From Chlamydiae bacterium RIFCSPLOWO2_12_FULL_45_20 (GTDB lineage Bacteria; Chlamydiota; Chlamydiia; Chlamydiales; SM23-39), in the NCBI GenBank assembly GCA_001796285.1, contig MGMD01000001.1:74143-138142 (forward strand): a stretch of 64,000 bases of DNA, in the 5' to 3' direction. The position numbers and the translations under genes were made by a program. The notes under the pieces are model-generated. The model had not been told where the DNA came from. It saw only the letters and a program-made list of their open reading frames with translations, and searched no databases. Position 1 is the first letter of the stretch, and each line of letters opens with the position of its first letter. Below are positions 1-9,092 of this stretch, piece after piece.

Positions 1-98
1 CGAAGATGGTTTTTCCGATCCCCATAAAAACCACTACACCGCTTCAAAAGTTTTTTCGTCCGCTTCCTCGCTTGGACCGAGTTCGTCACTCTCACCAT
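1..98 (-). CDS. rplT: 50S ribosomal protein L20, N-terminal part (runs off the window)
   Basis: The reverse complement from 98 reads ATG..MVRVTNSVQARKRTKKLLKRCSGFYGDRKNH, an L20-like N-terminus. It lies directly downstream of rpmI, as in the conserved infC-rpmI-rplT order. Confidence 0.8.
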   Translation of the reverse strand, partial: MVRVTNSVQARKRTKKLLKRCSGFYGDRKNHL

Positions 99-99
99 C

Positions 100-294
100 T
101 TAAGCCCCCATCATGATCTTAAACATTTTTAACTGCCCTTCATCTACAAGACGAGCCTTCGCAAGGCTACGTTTGCGGTTTGAACTCTTCTTTGTCAAAA
201 TATGGCGACGTCCAGGTCGAGTTCTTTTCAGCTTACCAGTTCCTGTAAGCTTAAATCTCGCCTTCACTGCTTTACGAGTTTTCATTTTAGGCAC
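100..294 (-). CDS. rpmI: 50S ribosomal protein L35
   Basis: The ORF track protein contains (V)PKMKTRKAVKARFKLTGTGKLKRTRPGRRHILTKK, typical of L35. I place the start at the GTG at 294, which gives 64 aa, rather than at the upstream ATG at 345. Confidence 0.9.
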   Translation of the reverse strand: MPKMKTRKAVKARFKLTGTGKLKRTRPGRRHILTKKSSNRKRSLAKARLVDEGQLKMFKIMMGA

Positions 295-835
295 GGGTAG
301 ATTCTCCAATTTTTTTATCGTTGCTCTGTTTAGGCCGCTTCCCACTCGGCGTTAGCACTGTAGTCATCGTGCGGCCCATTAATTTTGGCGGCGCTTCAAC
401 ACTCGCTATATCGGAAAGTTCATCACAAAATTGCTGAACCACTTTTTGCCCAAGATCAATGTGCAACATCTCCCGGCCCCGAAACATAATGCTGATCCGC
501 ACCTTACAGCCCTTGAGAACAAACTCTCGAGCATGCTTCACTTTCGTCTCAAAATCGTGTGTGTCAATGTTCGGCTTAAGCTTCACCTCTTTTACCCTGA
601 TCACAACTTGCGACTTCCTAGACTCTTTCTCCTTTTTCGTCTGATGATATCGCAGCTTTCCATAATCGATAATCTTCGCAACCGGAGGCTTAGCAGTCGG
701 CGCAATCTCTACAAGATCCAACCCCTGGTCTTCAGCCATCGCCAGAGCCTCTCGAAAACTCATCACCCCTAACTGTCTGCCATCTTCTGCAACGACTCTC
801 AACCGATCCGCGCGAATTTCTCTATTAATTCTCAA
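287..835 (-). CDS. infC: translation initiation factor IF-3
   Basis: 182 aa with INREIRADRLRVV..GLDLVEIAP..PVAKIIDYGK..KEVKLKPNIDTHD, the IF-3 N and C domains. The start codon is TTG and overlaps the stop of the upstream ORF (TTGA). Confidence 0.95.
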   Translation of the reverse strand: MRINREIRADRLRVVAEDGRQLGVMSFREALAMAEDQGLDLVEIAPTAKPPVAKIIDYGKLRYHQTKKEKESRKSQVVIRVKEVKLKPNIDTHDFETKVKHAREFVLKGCKVRISIMFRGREMLHIDLGQKVVQQFCDELSDIASVEAPPKLMGRTMTTVLTPSGKRPKQSNDKKIGESTRA

Positions 836-1806
836 ACTCTACCATCAACTAAGTGTTTTTCTAACATTTGAGACAAAATAGTCTCGACCTCCGCACAAAC
901 AAAAATATCTATGCGAGAGACCCCTATTCGATCCCTTTTTTCCACGTGGACAAGCGAATGGCTTACTGAAAGCTCATCCTCCACAAAATAATGACCCCCT
1001 CTTTCGTCACAAGAAAAAGAATGATCAAAGCCCAAGATGGTAAGGGTTTTTCCAATCCTTTGCAAGCAAGAATTCCAATCTGTAGGCAGTTTATCAAAAA
1101 AACTCATGAGAATCTCAGTCTCAAAGCGGCTTCTAGAGTACACCTCCGCTACGATCTTCTCGGATAGTAAAGCGTGTTCCTCTCTACCCTGGAGAGTGGC
1201 CACCTCCAACGCTCCTTCAAACCATTCTTTTTTCAAAAAATAAATCAGATTGTCTCGAGCCTCTAGTCCCCTTTTCAGCCAGATGTCCTCTATCCAAAAC
1301 CCTAACATTTCCCCCTTCTTCTCCGGAGAAATTCGGTTAGCAAGAAGCTTTAAAAACTGTTTATGCTGTCCCTTACTCCAATGACAAGTCCCACTGATTC
1401 TCACCTTTTCAGCAAGCGGCTCTAGCTGAAGGCGAAAGGCGCCGAGTTCAAACGTATTTTTTAGATGAGGACCGGGGCAAAAATCAATATACTTCCCTAT
1501 CTGGACAAGCTCCACAGTAGAGTCCTCGAGAACCGCTTCTGCACGGGCAAAAAACTCTCTACTTTTCAAATATTCTCTTGCAGAAAATGGAACCATTTCC
1601 AAGATTTTAATCGGTCTTCTTTCCTGGATTATAGCCCGCACCTTCTCTTCGATGACAGAAATTTGTATCGGATGAGCAAAGCAAAAATCATAGAAGAACC
1701 CAACCGGGGTGACTCCCCCACCGAGATATTCTACTTCAGGATAAATTTCATACACGGCGGCAGCTAGGATACAAGCAGTCGTGCGACGCAAAGTTACAAG
1801 GTCCAA
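832..1806 (-). CDS. threonyl-tRNA synthetase-like protein, truncated and diverged (N2/editing-type domain only)
   Basis: 324 aa. ..AAAVYEIYPEVEYLGGGVTPVGFFYDF.. and ..YIDFCPGPHLKNT.. align to the ThrRS second additional (editing) domain. I see no class II motif 2/3 and no anticodon-binding domain. Confidence 0.7.
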   Translation of the reverse strand: MDLVTLRRTTACILAAAVYEIYPEVEYLGGGVTPVGFFYDFCFAHPIQISVIEEKVRAIIQERRPIKILEMVPFSAREYLKSREFFARAEAVLEDSTVELVQIGKYIDFCPGPHLKNTFELGAFRLQLEPLAEKVRISGTCHWSKGQHKQFLKLLANRISPEKKGEMLGFWIEDIWLKRGLEARDNLIYFLKKEWFEGALEVATLQGREEHALLSEKIVAEVYSRSRFETEILMSFFDKLPTDWNSCLQRIGKTLTILGFDHSFSCDERGGHYFVEDELSVSHSLVHVEKRDRIGVSRIDIFVCAEVETILSQMLEKHLVDGRV

Positions 1807-1820
1807 ATGAATGATCTAGT

Positions 1821-1897
1821 TGGTGGGATGTAGCTGACTCGAACAGCTGACCTCTACGATGTCAACGTAGCGCTCTAACCAACTGAGCTAACACCCC
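1821..1897 (-). tRNA. tRNA-Val (anticodon GAC), CCA encoded
   Basis: The reverse complement GGGGTGTTAGCTCAGTTGGTTAGAGCGCTACGTTGACATCGTAGAGGTCAGCTGTTCGAGTCAGCTACATCCCACCA folds by hand into a cloverleaf. It has a 7-bp acceptor stem, a GCTC/GAGC D stem, a CTACG/CGTAG anticodon stem with loop TTGACAT, and an AGCTG/CAGCT T stem with loop TTCGAGT. Confidence 0.95.
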
Positions 1898-2013
1898 ACA
1901 TTCAATTTTTGAGTGGCTAAATGATACTTAAATCCCTTTTTGTATACAAGGTTGAAAAAATTTCAAGAAAGAGTATACTCTTGAGAGGGTTGTGAGTACC
2001 CCCCCCCTTCCAT

Positions 2014-2553
2014 ATGAATCACCTAGAGTTAACAAAGCAGTACTGGAAAACACTCTTGCATCCCTCCGATTTGGCGATCGATGCTACCTGCGGAAATGGA
2101 CATGACACGCTTTTTCTAAGCGAGCTCTCTTCTGTGATTTCCTTAGACATTCAAGAGGCCGCTATTCGCAATACGGAGGCTCTATTAGCCTCCAAAGGGA
2201 AAAAAGCCACTCTATACCGCTTAAACCATGCAGATATCGATTCCCTCTCTCTCCCGCACTCCCCTCGCTTGATTGTCTATAACCTAGGATATCTTCCGGG
2301 GGGTGACAAGTCTTTAACGACGCTTCTAGGCACAACGCTTATAAGTGTAGAAAAAGCCAAAACCATGCTTGCGGAGGACGGGGCTTTAAGCATCACATGC
2401 TACCCTGGGCACAAAGAAGGCGCCATCGAAGAAAAGGCTCTTTGCAATTGGGCAGAAAAACTCTCATATAAGGAGTGGCGAGTCTGTCACCACAGATGGA
2501 TCAATCGCACCAACGCCCCGAGTATTCTTTGGATCGAAAAAATAGGAAAGTAG
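2014..2553 (+). CDS. class I SAM-dependent methyltransferase, YtqB/MnmM-like
   Basis: 179 aa. The motif DATCGNGHDTLFLS and the later YNLGYLPGGDK and CYPGH match the YtqB-type rRNA/tRNA methylase family. Confidence 0.8.
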   Translation: MNHLELTKQYWKTLLHPSDLAIDATCGNGHDTLFLSELSSVISLDIQEAAIRNTEALLASKGKKATLYRLNHADIDSLSLPHSPRLIVYNLGYLPGGDKSLTTLLGTTLISVEKAKTMLAEDGALSITCYPGHKEGAIEEKALCNWAEKLSYKEWRVCHHRWINRTNAPSILWIEKIGK

Positions 2554-3546
2554 GTAAAAAGATCCTGCTACTACACCTTGAGAGATAGCCTGCGGTTCCA
2601 CGTTTGTAAAACCCGGATAGGATTGCCTTAAACGTGGATGGTCTACTCGAACCATTTGAATGGATGTCGCAATGGGTCTAATAATCTCCACACAGGAGAT
2701 CCAATCCTTACTTTTAGAAAACGCAAGAAAAAACAGAAACGTCTGGCCTGGATAATGGATTTCTAGGGCTTCTTTTAATCGCCAAAACGCTGAGGGGTTA
2801 TGCGCAGTATCAAAAAGAATGTTCCCTCTTTTTTCAAATCGAAAAGGGGTTTTTGTATCCAGTCCCGCTTCTGAATCTATAGAGAGCATTTTGAGGGCCT
2901 GCTTGGCCAAAGAGCGATTTTCCAGTTCAAAAAACGGCTCTCGCAAAATGGTTGGGGCGTTGGGAAAAAATGGCGCGGCAGTGGGACCCACAAGACAGGG
3001 TACGTGGGGCTTGATAATCCCTCCTTTTTCTTCTGCAACCTCTTCTAACGTGGGGCCTAACTGCTCCAAATGATCATACCCTATCGAAGTAATGATCGAA
3101 AGAACCGGAATAATGACATTGGTTGCATCGAATCTCCCGCCTATTCCCGCTTCGATTACAGCAAAATCCACAGACTCATTACGAAAATAGAGAAAGGCCA
3201 TAGAAGTCAGTACATCAAAAAAAGACAGTTCTGGATCATACACTTCAGCAAGCAGGGTCTCCACAGCCGATTCTGGAATCATTTCTCCATTGATCTGAAT
3301 CCTTTCTCGGTACGTGAAAAGATGGGGGGATGTAAACAGTCCCACCCGATATCCAGCATGCTGTAAACCTGCAGCCACTTTGGTCGCCACAGTACCTTTG
3401 CCATTCGTCCCCGCGATATGAATAGATTTAAAATGCCGGTGAGGGTAGTCTAACGCGCGATCTTTGACTTGCATCGCCTCGAAAGTGACTTGCCCTCGAC
3501 CAGGTAAGGAAAAAATCTTCTCTTCCAGGAATAGAAGCTCTTGCAT
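2464..3546 (-). CDS. folC: folylpolyglutamate synthase / dihydrofolate synthase (Mur ligase family)
   Basis: It has a HIAGTNGKGTVA P-loop, FTSPHL, a ..ITSIGYDHLEQLG.. Mur-ligase core, and DTAHNP. The 3' end overlaps the convergent methyltransferase gene by 90 nt. Confidence 0.85.
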   Translation of the reverse strand: MQELLFLEEKIFSLPGRGQVTFEAMQVKDRALDYPHRHFKSIHIAGTNGKGTVATKVAAGLQHAGYRVGLFTSPHLFTYRERIQINGEMIPESAVETLLAEVYDPELSFFDVLTSMAFLYFRNESVDFAVIEAGIGGRFDATNVIIPVLSIITSIGYDHLEQLGPTLEEVAEEKGGIIKPHVPCLVGPTAAPFFPNAPTILREPFFELENRSLAKQALKMLSIDSEAGLDTKTPFRFEKRGNILFDTAHNPSAFWRLKEALEIHYPGQTFLFFLAFSKSKDWISCVEIIRPIATSIQMVRVDHPRLRQSYPGFTNVEPQAISQGVVAGSFYLLSYFFDPKNTRGVGAIDPSVVTDSPLLI

Positions 3547-3549
3547 AAC

Positions 3550-4407
3550 TCAGGTTCTTTCGATGTTGGGGCTCTTTGAAACCCCACTTTGTAAGAACGA
3601 CTCAAACGTCAAAAGACCTACCCACGAGCAGCCAAGCCTAATATGAGGCTTCAAGGTTCCGTGGTAATCAGAACCCCCTGTTGCAATCAGTCCTCTTGCA
3701 TGAGCTTTATCTAGCCAAGGTTTCTCAAGGGATTTATCCAAATTTGCATAATGGCATTCATATCCGTCAAAAGGAAGATCCAGAAGTTTCCTTAAAAACG
3801 CCCCTTTTTTATAAAAATGGGGATGGGCCAAAATGGCTTTGCCTTTCGCTCGCTGAATCTCTTCGATCACCTCCTGGGGTTTATGTTTCAACCCAGCAGC
3901 ATAACAAGACGCTCCCTCTTTGATATAGAGGTCAAAAGCCTCCTTGATGGAAGAAACAAATCCCTTTTGGATCATTAACTGGGCAATGTGAGGCCTACCT
4001 ATAGTGCGCTTTTGCGCAAAGCTTGTGAGCTCCTCCTCTGAGATCGGCATGTTTTTTTTAAAAAGCTTTTCCAAAATGAGGCGATTACGATCCGTTCTTC
4101 TTTTTTGCATGCGTTCAAGAAAGGTGCGAAAGCTCTGGGACTCCAGATCCAATCCATAACCGAGTATATGAACCGGTATTGTTTCCAGTTCCGAAGAAAC
4201 CTCCACGCCTGTCAGAAGACGAATGGCTAGCTTTTTTGCCTCCTCAACAAGCTCCCCTGTGTAAGCAGCTGTCGTATCGTGATCCGTAATCGACAACCCT
4301 TGCAACCCGGCTCTTTTTGCCATGTGCAAAACTTCGATAGGGGAATCAGTACCATCAGAACAGATCGTATGGCAATGTAAGTCTGCGCGAAACTCAGCGA
4401 TCATCAA
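3550..4407 (-). CDS. PHP-domain metal-dependent phosphoesterase (TrpH/YciV-like)
   Basis: The N-terminus has DLHCHTICSDGT and SITDHDT. The C-terminus has ILAHPH and GGSDYHG. These are the PHP motifs. Confidence 0.8.
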   Translation of the reverse strand: MMIAEFRADLHCHTICSDGTDSPIEVLHMAKRAGLQGLSITDHDTTAAYTGELVEEAKKLAIRLLTGVEVSSELETIPVHILGYGLDLESQSFRTFLERMQKRRTDRNRLILEKLFKKNMPISEEELTSFAQKRTIGRPHIAQLMIQKGFVSSIKEAFDLYIKEGASCYAAGLKHKPQEVIEEIQRAKGKAILAHPHFYKKGAFLRKLLDLPFDGYECHYANLDKSLEKPWLDKAHARGLIATGGSDYHGTLKPHIRLGCSWVGLLTFESFLQSGVSKSPNIERT

Positions 4408-5254
4408 TCATGCGGATTTCAGGTTCGAGAAACACCCCAGTTTGCTGAAAAACTCTTTCTTGCACAAGATGAATCAGTTTTTTGACATCATTGGCACTCG
4501 CTCTCTCTTTATTCACGATAAAGTTCGCATGAACTAAGGAGACTTCTGCCCCCCCTACTCTTAGCCCCTTCAGACCCGCTTGGTCAATCAACGCTCCTGC
4601 AGACATGTGGCCTGGATTCCGAAAAATACAGCCAATACTTTTCTCCGTTAAGGGTTGGGTTTTCACTCTATGGTTAATCATCGCAAGCTGGTCTTCCCTG
4701 GCGGAAAGACCCTTTTGCAACACAAAACTGGCTGCTAGGATCACCCCCCTCATTGTCTGAAATGAAGACTCGCGGTAACCAAATTCCAGCTCCTTTTTCA
4801 AAAAAATTTTTTTAGAAACTCCATCAAAAAATTCCACGGACTCGAGCACCTGACAAGTCTCCCTCCCATTGGCGCCCGCGTTCATAAAAATAGCTCCACC
4901 TACGCTAGCTGGAATCCCAGAAGCAAATTCCAAGCCAGAAAAGTTCTTTTTGGCAGATTGAGCGCCGAGGCGGGAAAAACTGTAACCGGAACCCGCTGTC
5001 ACAAGATTTTTTTCCCAATGACAAAAATCTATTTTATTAAGAAGAACAAGCCCTTGGAATCCCTCGTCGCTAAATAAACAGTTGGACCCCCGGCCAATCA
5101 CCAAAACCGGTCCTTCCAAAGAAAAGGCCTCACACATCTCATCTGCATTTGAAACCTGCACAAAGCGATCAATCGGCCCGCCTACACCTAAGGTGGAAAA
5201 TTCAGAGAGCTTCCTCCCCTTTTCCAATTTCAAGGTCATTTTTATATACCCCAT
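4394..5254 (-). CDS. murB: UDP-N-acetylenolpyruvoylglucosamine reductase
   Basis: FSTLGVGGP..VIGRGSNCLF..GLEFASGIPASVGGAIFMNAGA..GCIFRNP matches the FAD-binding MurB pattern. An alternative start is the ATG at 5239. Confidence 0.9.
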   Translation of the reverse strand: MGYIKMTLKLEKGRKLSEFSTLGVGGPIDRFVQVSNADEMCEAFSLEGPVLVIGRGSNCLFSDEGFQGLVLLNKIDFCHWEKNLVTAGSGYSFSRLGAQSAKKNFSGLEFASGIPASVGGAIFMNAGANGRETCQVLESVEFFDGVSKKIFLKKELEFGYRESSFQTMRGVILAASFVLQKGLSAREDQLAMINHRVKTQPLTEKSIGCIFRNPGHMSAGALIDQAGLKGLRVGGAEVSLVHANFIVNKERASANDVKKLIHLVQERVFQQTGVFLEPEIRMIDDR

Positions 5255-5627
5255 CTACAATCGCATTGATAAATCGAGCGCTCTCCGGAGTCCCAAATTT
5301 GCGACACAACCGAATCGCCTCAGCAATCGATACTTTGGGAGGGATAGCGGTATCAAACATCAACTCATATAACGCAAGACGCAAGATAGACTTTTCCACT
5401 TTCGAGATCCTCTCCAATCGATACTCTGTTGAGGTAGACGCAATAACGGTATCAATCTCCCCCAGCTTGGAACACACCGCATCCACTCGCTCCACCACTT
5501 GAGTGATGGCCGCCCGAGTGGTTTTTAGCTCCGCCATCATGAAGGAAATCACATCCCCATCATCAAATTCACGCGCATAAAGAATCTGCAACACCGCTTC
5601 CCTCATTTTTTGATTGGGTAGCGCCAT
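5202..5627 (-). CDS. nusB: transcription antitermination factor NusB
   Basis: 141 aa. REAVLQILYA..ILRLALYEL..IPPKVSIAEAIRLCRKFG..FINAIVDGV is the NusB fold signature. Confidence 0.85.
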   Translation of the reverse strand: MALPNQKMREAVLQILYAREFDDGDVISFMMAELKTTRAAITQVVERVDAVCSKLGEIDTVIASTSTEYRLERISKVEKSILRLALYELMFDTAIPPKVSIAEAIRLCRKFGTPESARFINAIVDGVYKNDLEIGKGEEAL

Positions 5628-5778
5628 AAAACACCCTATTCATTTTTTGTAATTTTTGACCGAAATCACTTGCAACGGGCTGCAAATAAATCACTTAATA
5701 TATAAGCAACCTATCTTAATCCTACCATTCCTTCGGTACAAGCATGGAAAATATAGCCTGCATTGATTTAAGTCAAAC

Positions 5779-5799
5779 TCGACTTTGTACATTTTTTGG
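5779..5799. repeat. 21-nt motif TCGACTTTGTACATTTTTTGG, copy 1 of 2
   Basis: The string is identical to the one at 52090-52110. Here it lies in the nusB/exonuclease intergenic region and is followed by a partial reverse complement, ACAACTCGA. Confidence 0.7.
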
Positions 5800-5884
5800 G
5801 CCACGCGAAAACAACTCGACTTTTTTGAAGGAAATTTTTAGACTGGCCCTGTAGAACTCGCGCGCGAGACTTGGGGGAACCGGC

Positions 5885-6535
5885 TTGCAGCGGGAAGATA
5901 GCAGGAACAGGGATCCTAAAAACGTGATCGGCGTATTTCTCGATACAGAGACCAATGGGCTGAATTCCCAAATTCATAGAATGCTTGAAATCGCCTTTAA
6001 GATTGTCGACCTTTCTACAGGAGAGGTAAAGGCAAACTATCAGACGCTGATCGCCCATCCCATTGAAATGTGGGAAAAGAGCGATCAAGAAAGCCTGCGC
6101 ATCAATGGATTTTTATGGGAAGAAGTGTCAAAAGGCAAGACGCCAAGGCATGTTTCTCAAACCATTATCGATCTTTTTACTCAGTGGAATATCCGAAGAA
6201 AAAAAGCAGTCTTTATTTGCCAAAACCCATCTTTTGACCGAGTTTTTTTCTCCCAGCTCATCGATGCCGATACGCAAGAGCTCTTGAGCTGGCCTTACCA
6301 CTGGCTTGATCTCGCTTCCATGTATTGGGCCATTGCAATGAAAAAGGCGACACAAAACCAGGGGCCTTTGCCATGGGTGACGGGTGTTTCTAAAGATCAA
6401 ATTGCCGCACAGTATCGCCTGCCTGAAGAAAAAAAGCCCCACCGGGCCATGAATGGTGTAGAGCACTTGCTGCTTTGTTACGAAGCAATCGTTGGTTTTC
6501 CCAATAGAACCACGACCAGTAGACCTCTTGCATAA
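5885..6535 (+). CDS. DEDDh 3'-5' exonuclease (DnaQ/RNase T-like)
   Basis: It has VFLDTETNGL (Exo I), QNPSFDRVFF (Exo II) and HRAMNGVEHLL (Exo III-like). The start is uncertain: TTG at 5885 or GTG at 5924. Confidence 0.75.
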   Translation: MQREDSRNRDPKNVIGVFLDTETNGLNSQIHRMLEIAFKIVDLSTGEVKANYQTLIAHPIEMWEKSDQESLRINGFLWEEVSKGKTPRHVSQTIIDLFTQWNIRRKKAVFICQNPSFDRVFFSQLIDADTQELLSWPYHWLDLASMYWAIAMKKATQNQGPLPWVTGVSKDQIAAQYRLPEEKKPHRAMNGVEHLLLCYEAIVGFPNRTTTSRPLA

Positions 6536-6545
6536 CCCAAGAAGT

Positions 6546-7562
6546 CTAGTAGCTCGAGTGATCCAACCTAACCTTCCCTCTAAACACACGATACACAAAA
6601 GCTCCATAAGCAAGAACCAAAGGCACTCCAATCATTACGACAATCAAGAGAATCTTTAACGTCTTGTCACTCGAAGACGAGTTGTAAATCGTCAGGCTAT
6701 TCACCGCTGGGTCAAGGGTTGAGCGGACAATCCTCGGGTAAGTGCCTAAGCTAAACAGGACAAGAAGAAACGCTATACTCAGGGAAGAAAAAATAAAAGC
6801 AAGACCATCTTTTCCCTTCTTGATCAGTCTCGGGACATTGAAAATGGCTAGAAAAGCCAAGATAGGAAAGGCAATAGTGTAGGGCTTGTGAATAAAACGG
6901 TGCGTCATGTGGGGCATATAGATGATGGTCAATAGGGTCGTCACGAGATACCAAAAAATAAAAGAAAGAATCGCTTTATTGATCCATTTTCTCACCGTTT
7001 CATGCGCGCCGCCTTCGGTTTTCATCGTAAGATAAATCGTCCCATGCATGGCAAAAAGAGCGACTGTCGTAATCCCTACAATGACAGAGTAAGGTTTAAA
7101 AAAGTCGGAAAACTTTCCAACATAGTTTTGGGTGGAGTCAATCGGAATTCCCTCAATCATATTCCCAAGCAAGAGGCCGATGATGAAGGCCACCAAAATA
7201 CTGGCTAAAGAAAAAGTAGCATCCCAAAAAGACCTCCACCCTTTTCCTTCTCGTTTGGAACGAAACTCTATCGCGCAGGCTCGAAAGATCAGGCCTGCAA
7301 TCAAGAACATAAAGAGAGTGTAGAAGCCGGAAAAAATCGTTGCATACGCATTCGGGAACCCTGCAAATAATCCCCCCATCATGATGACGATCCAAACCTC
7401 GTTGCCGTCCCATACAGGGCCTATGGCATTTAAAAAAATACGCCTCTCCTCATCGGTCTTCGCAAAGAGATGAAGAGCTCCCACACCAAGATCAAATCCA
7501 TCCAAAACACAATACAGAACGGATGCAGCCCCGAGAACCATGTACCAAAGAAATTGCATCAT
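6546..7562 (-). CDS. cydB: cytochrome bd ubiquinol oxidase subunit II
   Basis: 338-aa polytopic membrane protein. The N-terminus ..VLDGFDLGVG.. and WDGNEVW are CydB signatures. Its ATG overlaps the cydA stop. Confidence 0.9.
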   Translation of the reverse strand: MMQFLWYMVLGAASVLYCVLDGFDLGVGALHLFAKTDEERRIFLNAIGPVWDGNEVWIVIMMGGLFAGFPNAYATIFSGFYTLFMFLIAGLIFRACAIEFRSKREGKGWRSFWDATFSLASILVAFIIGLLLGNMIEGIPIDSTQNYVGKFSDFFKPYSVIVGITTVALFAMHGTIYLTMKTEGGAHETVRKWINKAILSFIFWYLVTTLLTIIYMPHMTHRFIHKPYTIAFPILAFLAIFNVPRLIKKGKDGLAFIFSSLSIAFLLVLFSLGTYPRIVRSTLDPAVNSLTIYNSSSSDKTLKILLIVVMIGVPLVLAYGAFVYRVFRGKVRLDHSSY

Positions 7563-8914
7563 CCCATTTTACCTATGTTCTGGTAAATAAAATCATCTTG
7601 CCGTACATCTTCAGGTCCATGTTTGATTTTTCGATCCAAAAGAAACAGGAAGAGAACAAAAAGGAGGGTATAGATCAGCACGAACATCGTAATGGAGCCA
7701 AAGACCTGCTGTTTCACAATCGAGGTAGACACCCCTTCGCTAGTCCTTAAAAGCTTCCACACGATCCAGGGTTGCCTCCCTACCTCGGTAGAAATCCAAC
7801 CACACTGCTGCGCGATGTGAGGCAAGACCACAGAAAAAACCATCGGCCAAAGAAGTCCCTTCTTTGTCTCCAGACGTTTCAGGTAAAAAAGACCCAAAAC
7901 AGCAAGGATGAACATCACCGCCCACATCATGACCATGATATGATAGGTTTGAAAGGTCAGCGGAACATTCGGCCATTCATCTTTTGGGATTTGGTCCAAT
8001 CCTGTTACAGGCGTGGATAGGTCCCGATAGGTTAAAAAACTAAGAGCCCCTGGAATTTTAATCGAATGCACCGTTTCATTTTTCGCATCCACCCATCCAA
8101 CTACTGAAATCGGGGTCTTGGGAGCTGTCTGATAGATTCCTTCAAAAGCAGCCAGTTTTCCCGGCTGATATCGTGCTATCAATCGGGCGCTAGAATCCCC
8201 TGAAATCAACTGTAAAATCAAGGAAACCATGGCAAAACTAAGGCCGATTTTCATCATGGAACGGGCAATCTCTTTATATCTCTTTTGTAATAGATAATAG
8301 GCCGCCACGCTAATAACAAAAAAAGCTCCCGTCAGCCAGCAACCTAAAACCACATGGCATAACCGATCGATCGTCGAGGGATTGAACACCATGGCCCAAA
8401 ACTCCGTTACAACAGCTCGAGGCCCATGTTCTGTATCGACTATTTCGTATCCAGCGGGGGTCTGCATCCACGAATTAGCTACAATAATCCAAACAGCGCT
8501 AAAATGCGCCCCCAAACATACAAAAATAGTGGAAAGGTAGTGCAGTTTAGGTCCCACGCGGTCCCATCCAAAAAGAAGAATTCCTAAAAATCCCGATTCT
8601 AAGAAAAAAGCAAACACTCCTTCCGCTGCAAGGGCGCTTCCAAATACGTCTCCGACAAAACGGGAATACCGAGCCCAATTCGTACCAAAAGCAAACGTTT
8701 GTACAAGCCCTGTTGCAACACCTAGGGCGAAAGTAAGAGCGAAAATCTTGATCCAAAAACTTGTCATCTTCTTATATTTCAAATCTTTGGTCTTCAGATA
8801 GAGCCCCTCCATTACAACAAGCATAATGCCAAGACCAATGCTGATCGGCGGATAGATGTAGTGAAAAGCTGTGTGTAAAGCAAACTGAAGACGAGAAAGA
8901 AAAAGAACGTCCAT
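7559..8914 (-). CDS. cydA: cytochrome bd ubiquinol oxidase subunit I
   Basis: [28 protein letters not shown] matches the CydA N-terminus, and the GRQPWIV motif is near the C-terminus. I chose the ATG at 8914 rather than the upstream TTG at 8926. Confidence 0.9.
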   Translation of the reverse strand: MDVLFLSRLQFALHTAFHYIYPPISIGLGIMLVVMEGLYLKTKDLKYKKMTSFWIKIFALTFALGVATGLVQTFAFGTNWARYSRFVGDVFGSALAAEGVFAFFLESGFLGILLFGWDRVGPKLHYLSTIFVCLGAHFSAVWIIVANSWMQTPAGYEIVDTEHGPRAVVTEFWAMVFNPSTIDRLCHVVLGCWLTGAFFVISVAAYYLLQKRYKEIARSMMKIGLSFAMVSLILQLISGDSSARLIARYQPGKLAAFEGIYQTAPKTPISVVGWVDAKNETVHSIKIPGALSFLTYRDLSTPVTGLDQIPKDEWPNVPLTFQTYHIMVMMWAVMFILAVLGLFYLKRLETKKGLLWPMVFSVVLPHIAQQCGWISTEVGRQPWIVWKLLRTSEGVSTSIVKQQVFGSITMFVLIYTLLFVLFLFLLDRKIKHGPEDVRQDDFIYQNIGKMG

Positions 8915-9092
8915 CAAGAAAACCAAGTTCTATGAAAAAACTAATATTAGTATATGGAAAGGGAATGAGTAAACACATTCCTTAGACCTTTTGTTGGAAT
9001 CCCTTGATCAGAACTCAAAAACAGCCTACAATCTTACGTAGGGACTATGAATTTCTTGCAAAGATTTGTCCCTTTTTTGTAAAAGGCAACAA

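Noticed and set aside
2464-2553. 90-nt convergent overlap between the folC 3' end and the methyltransferase 3' end.
   Set aside because: Both frames are open, so the overlap is real at the ORF level. The last ~30 folC codons follow the usual ..GSFYLL.. C-terminal motif and may be non-essential read-on. I cannot judge significance without orthologue alignment.
6128-6631. 167-aa minus-strand ORF overlapping the exonuclease gene and the cydB 3' end.
   Set aside because: It has no motif and overlaps two supported genes. The same reasoning applies to 5768-6088 and 5773-5955, which lie in or overlap the intergenic region and exonuclease gene.
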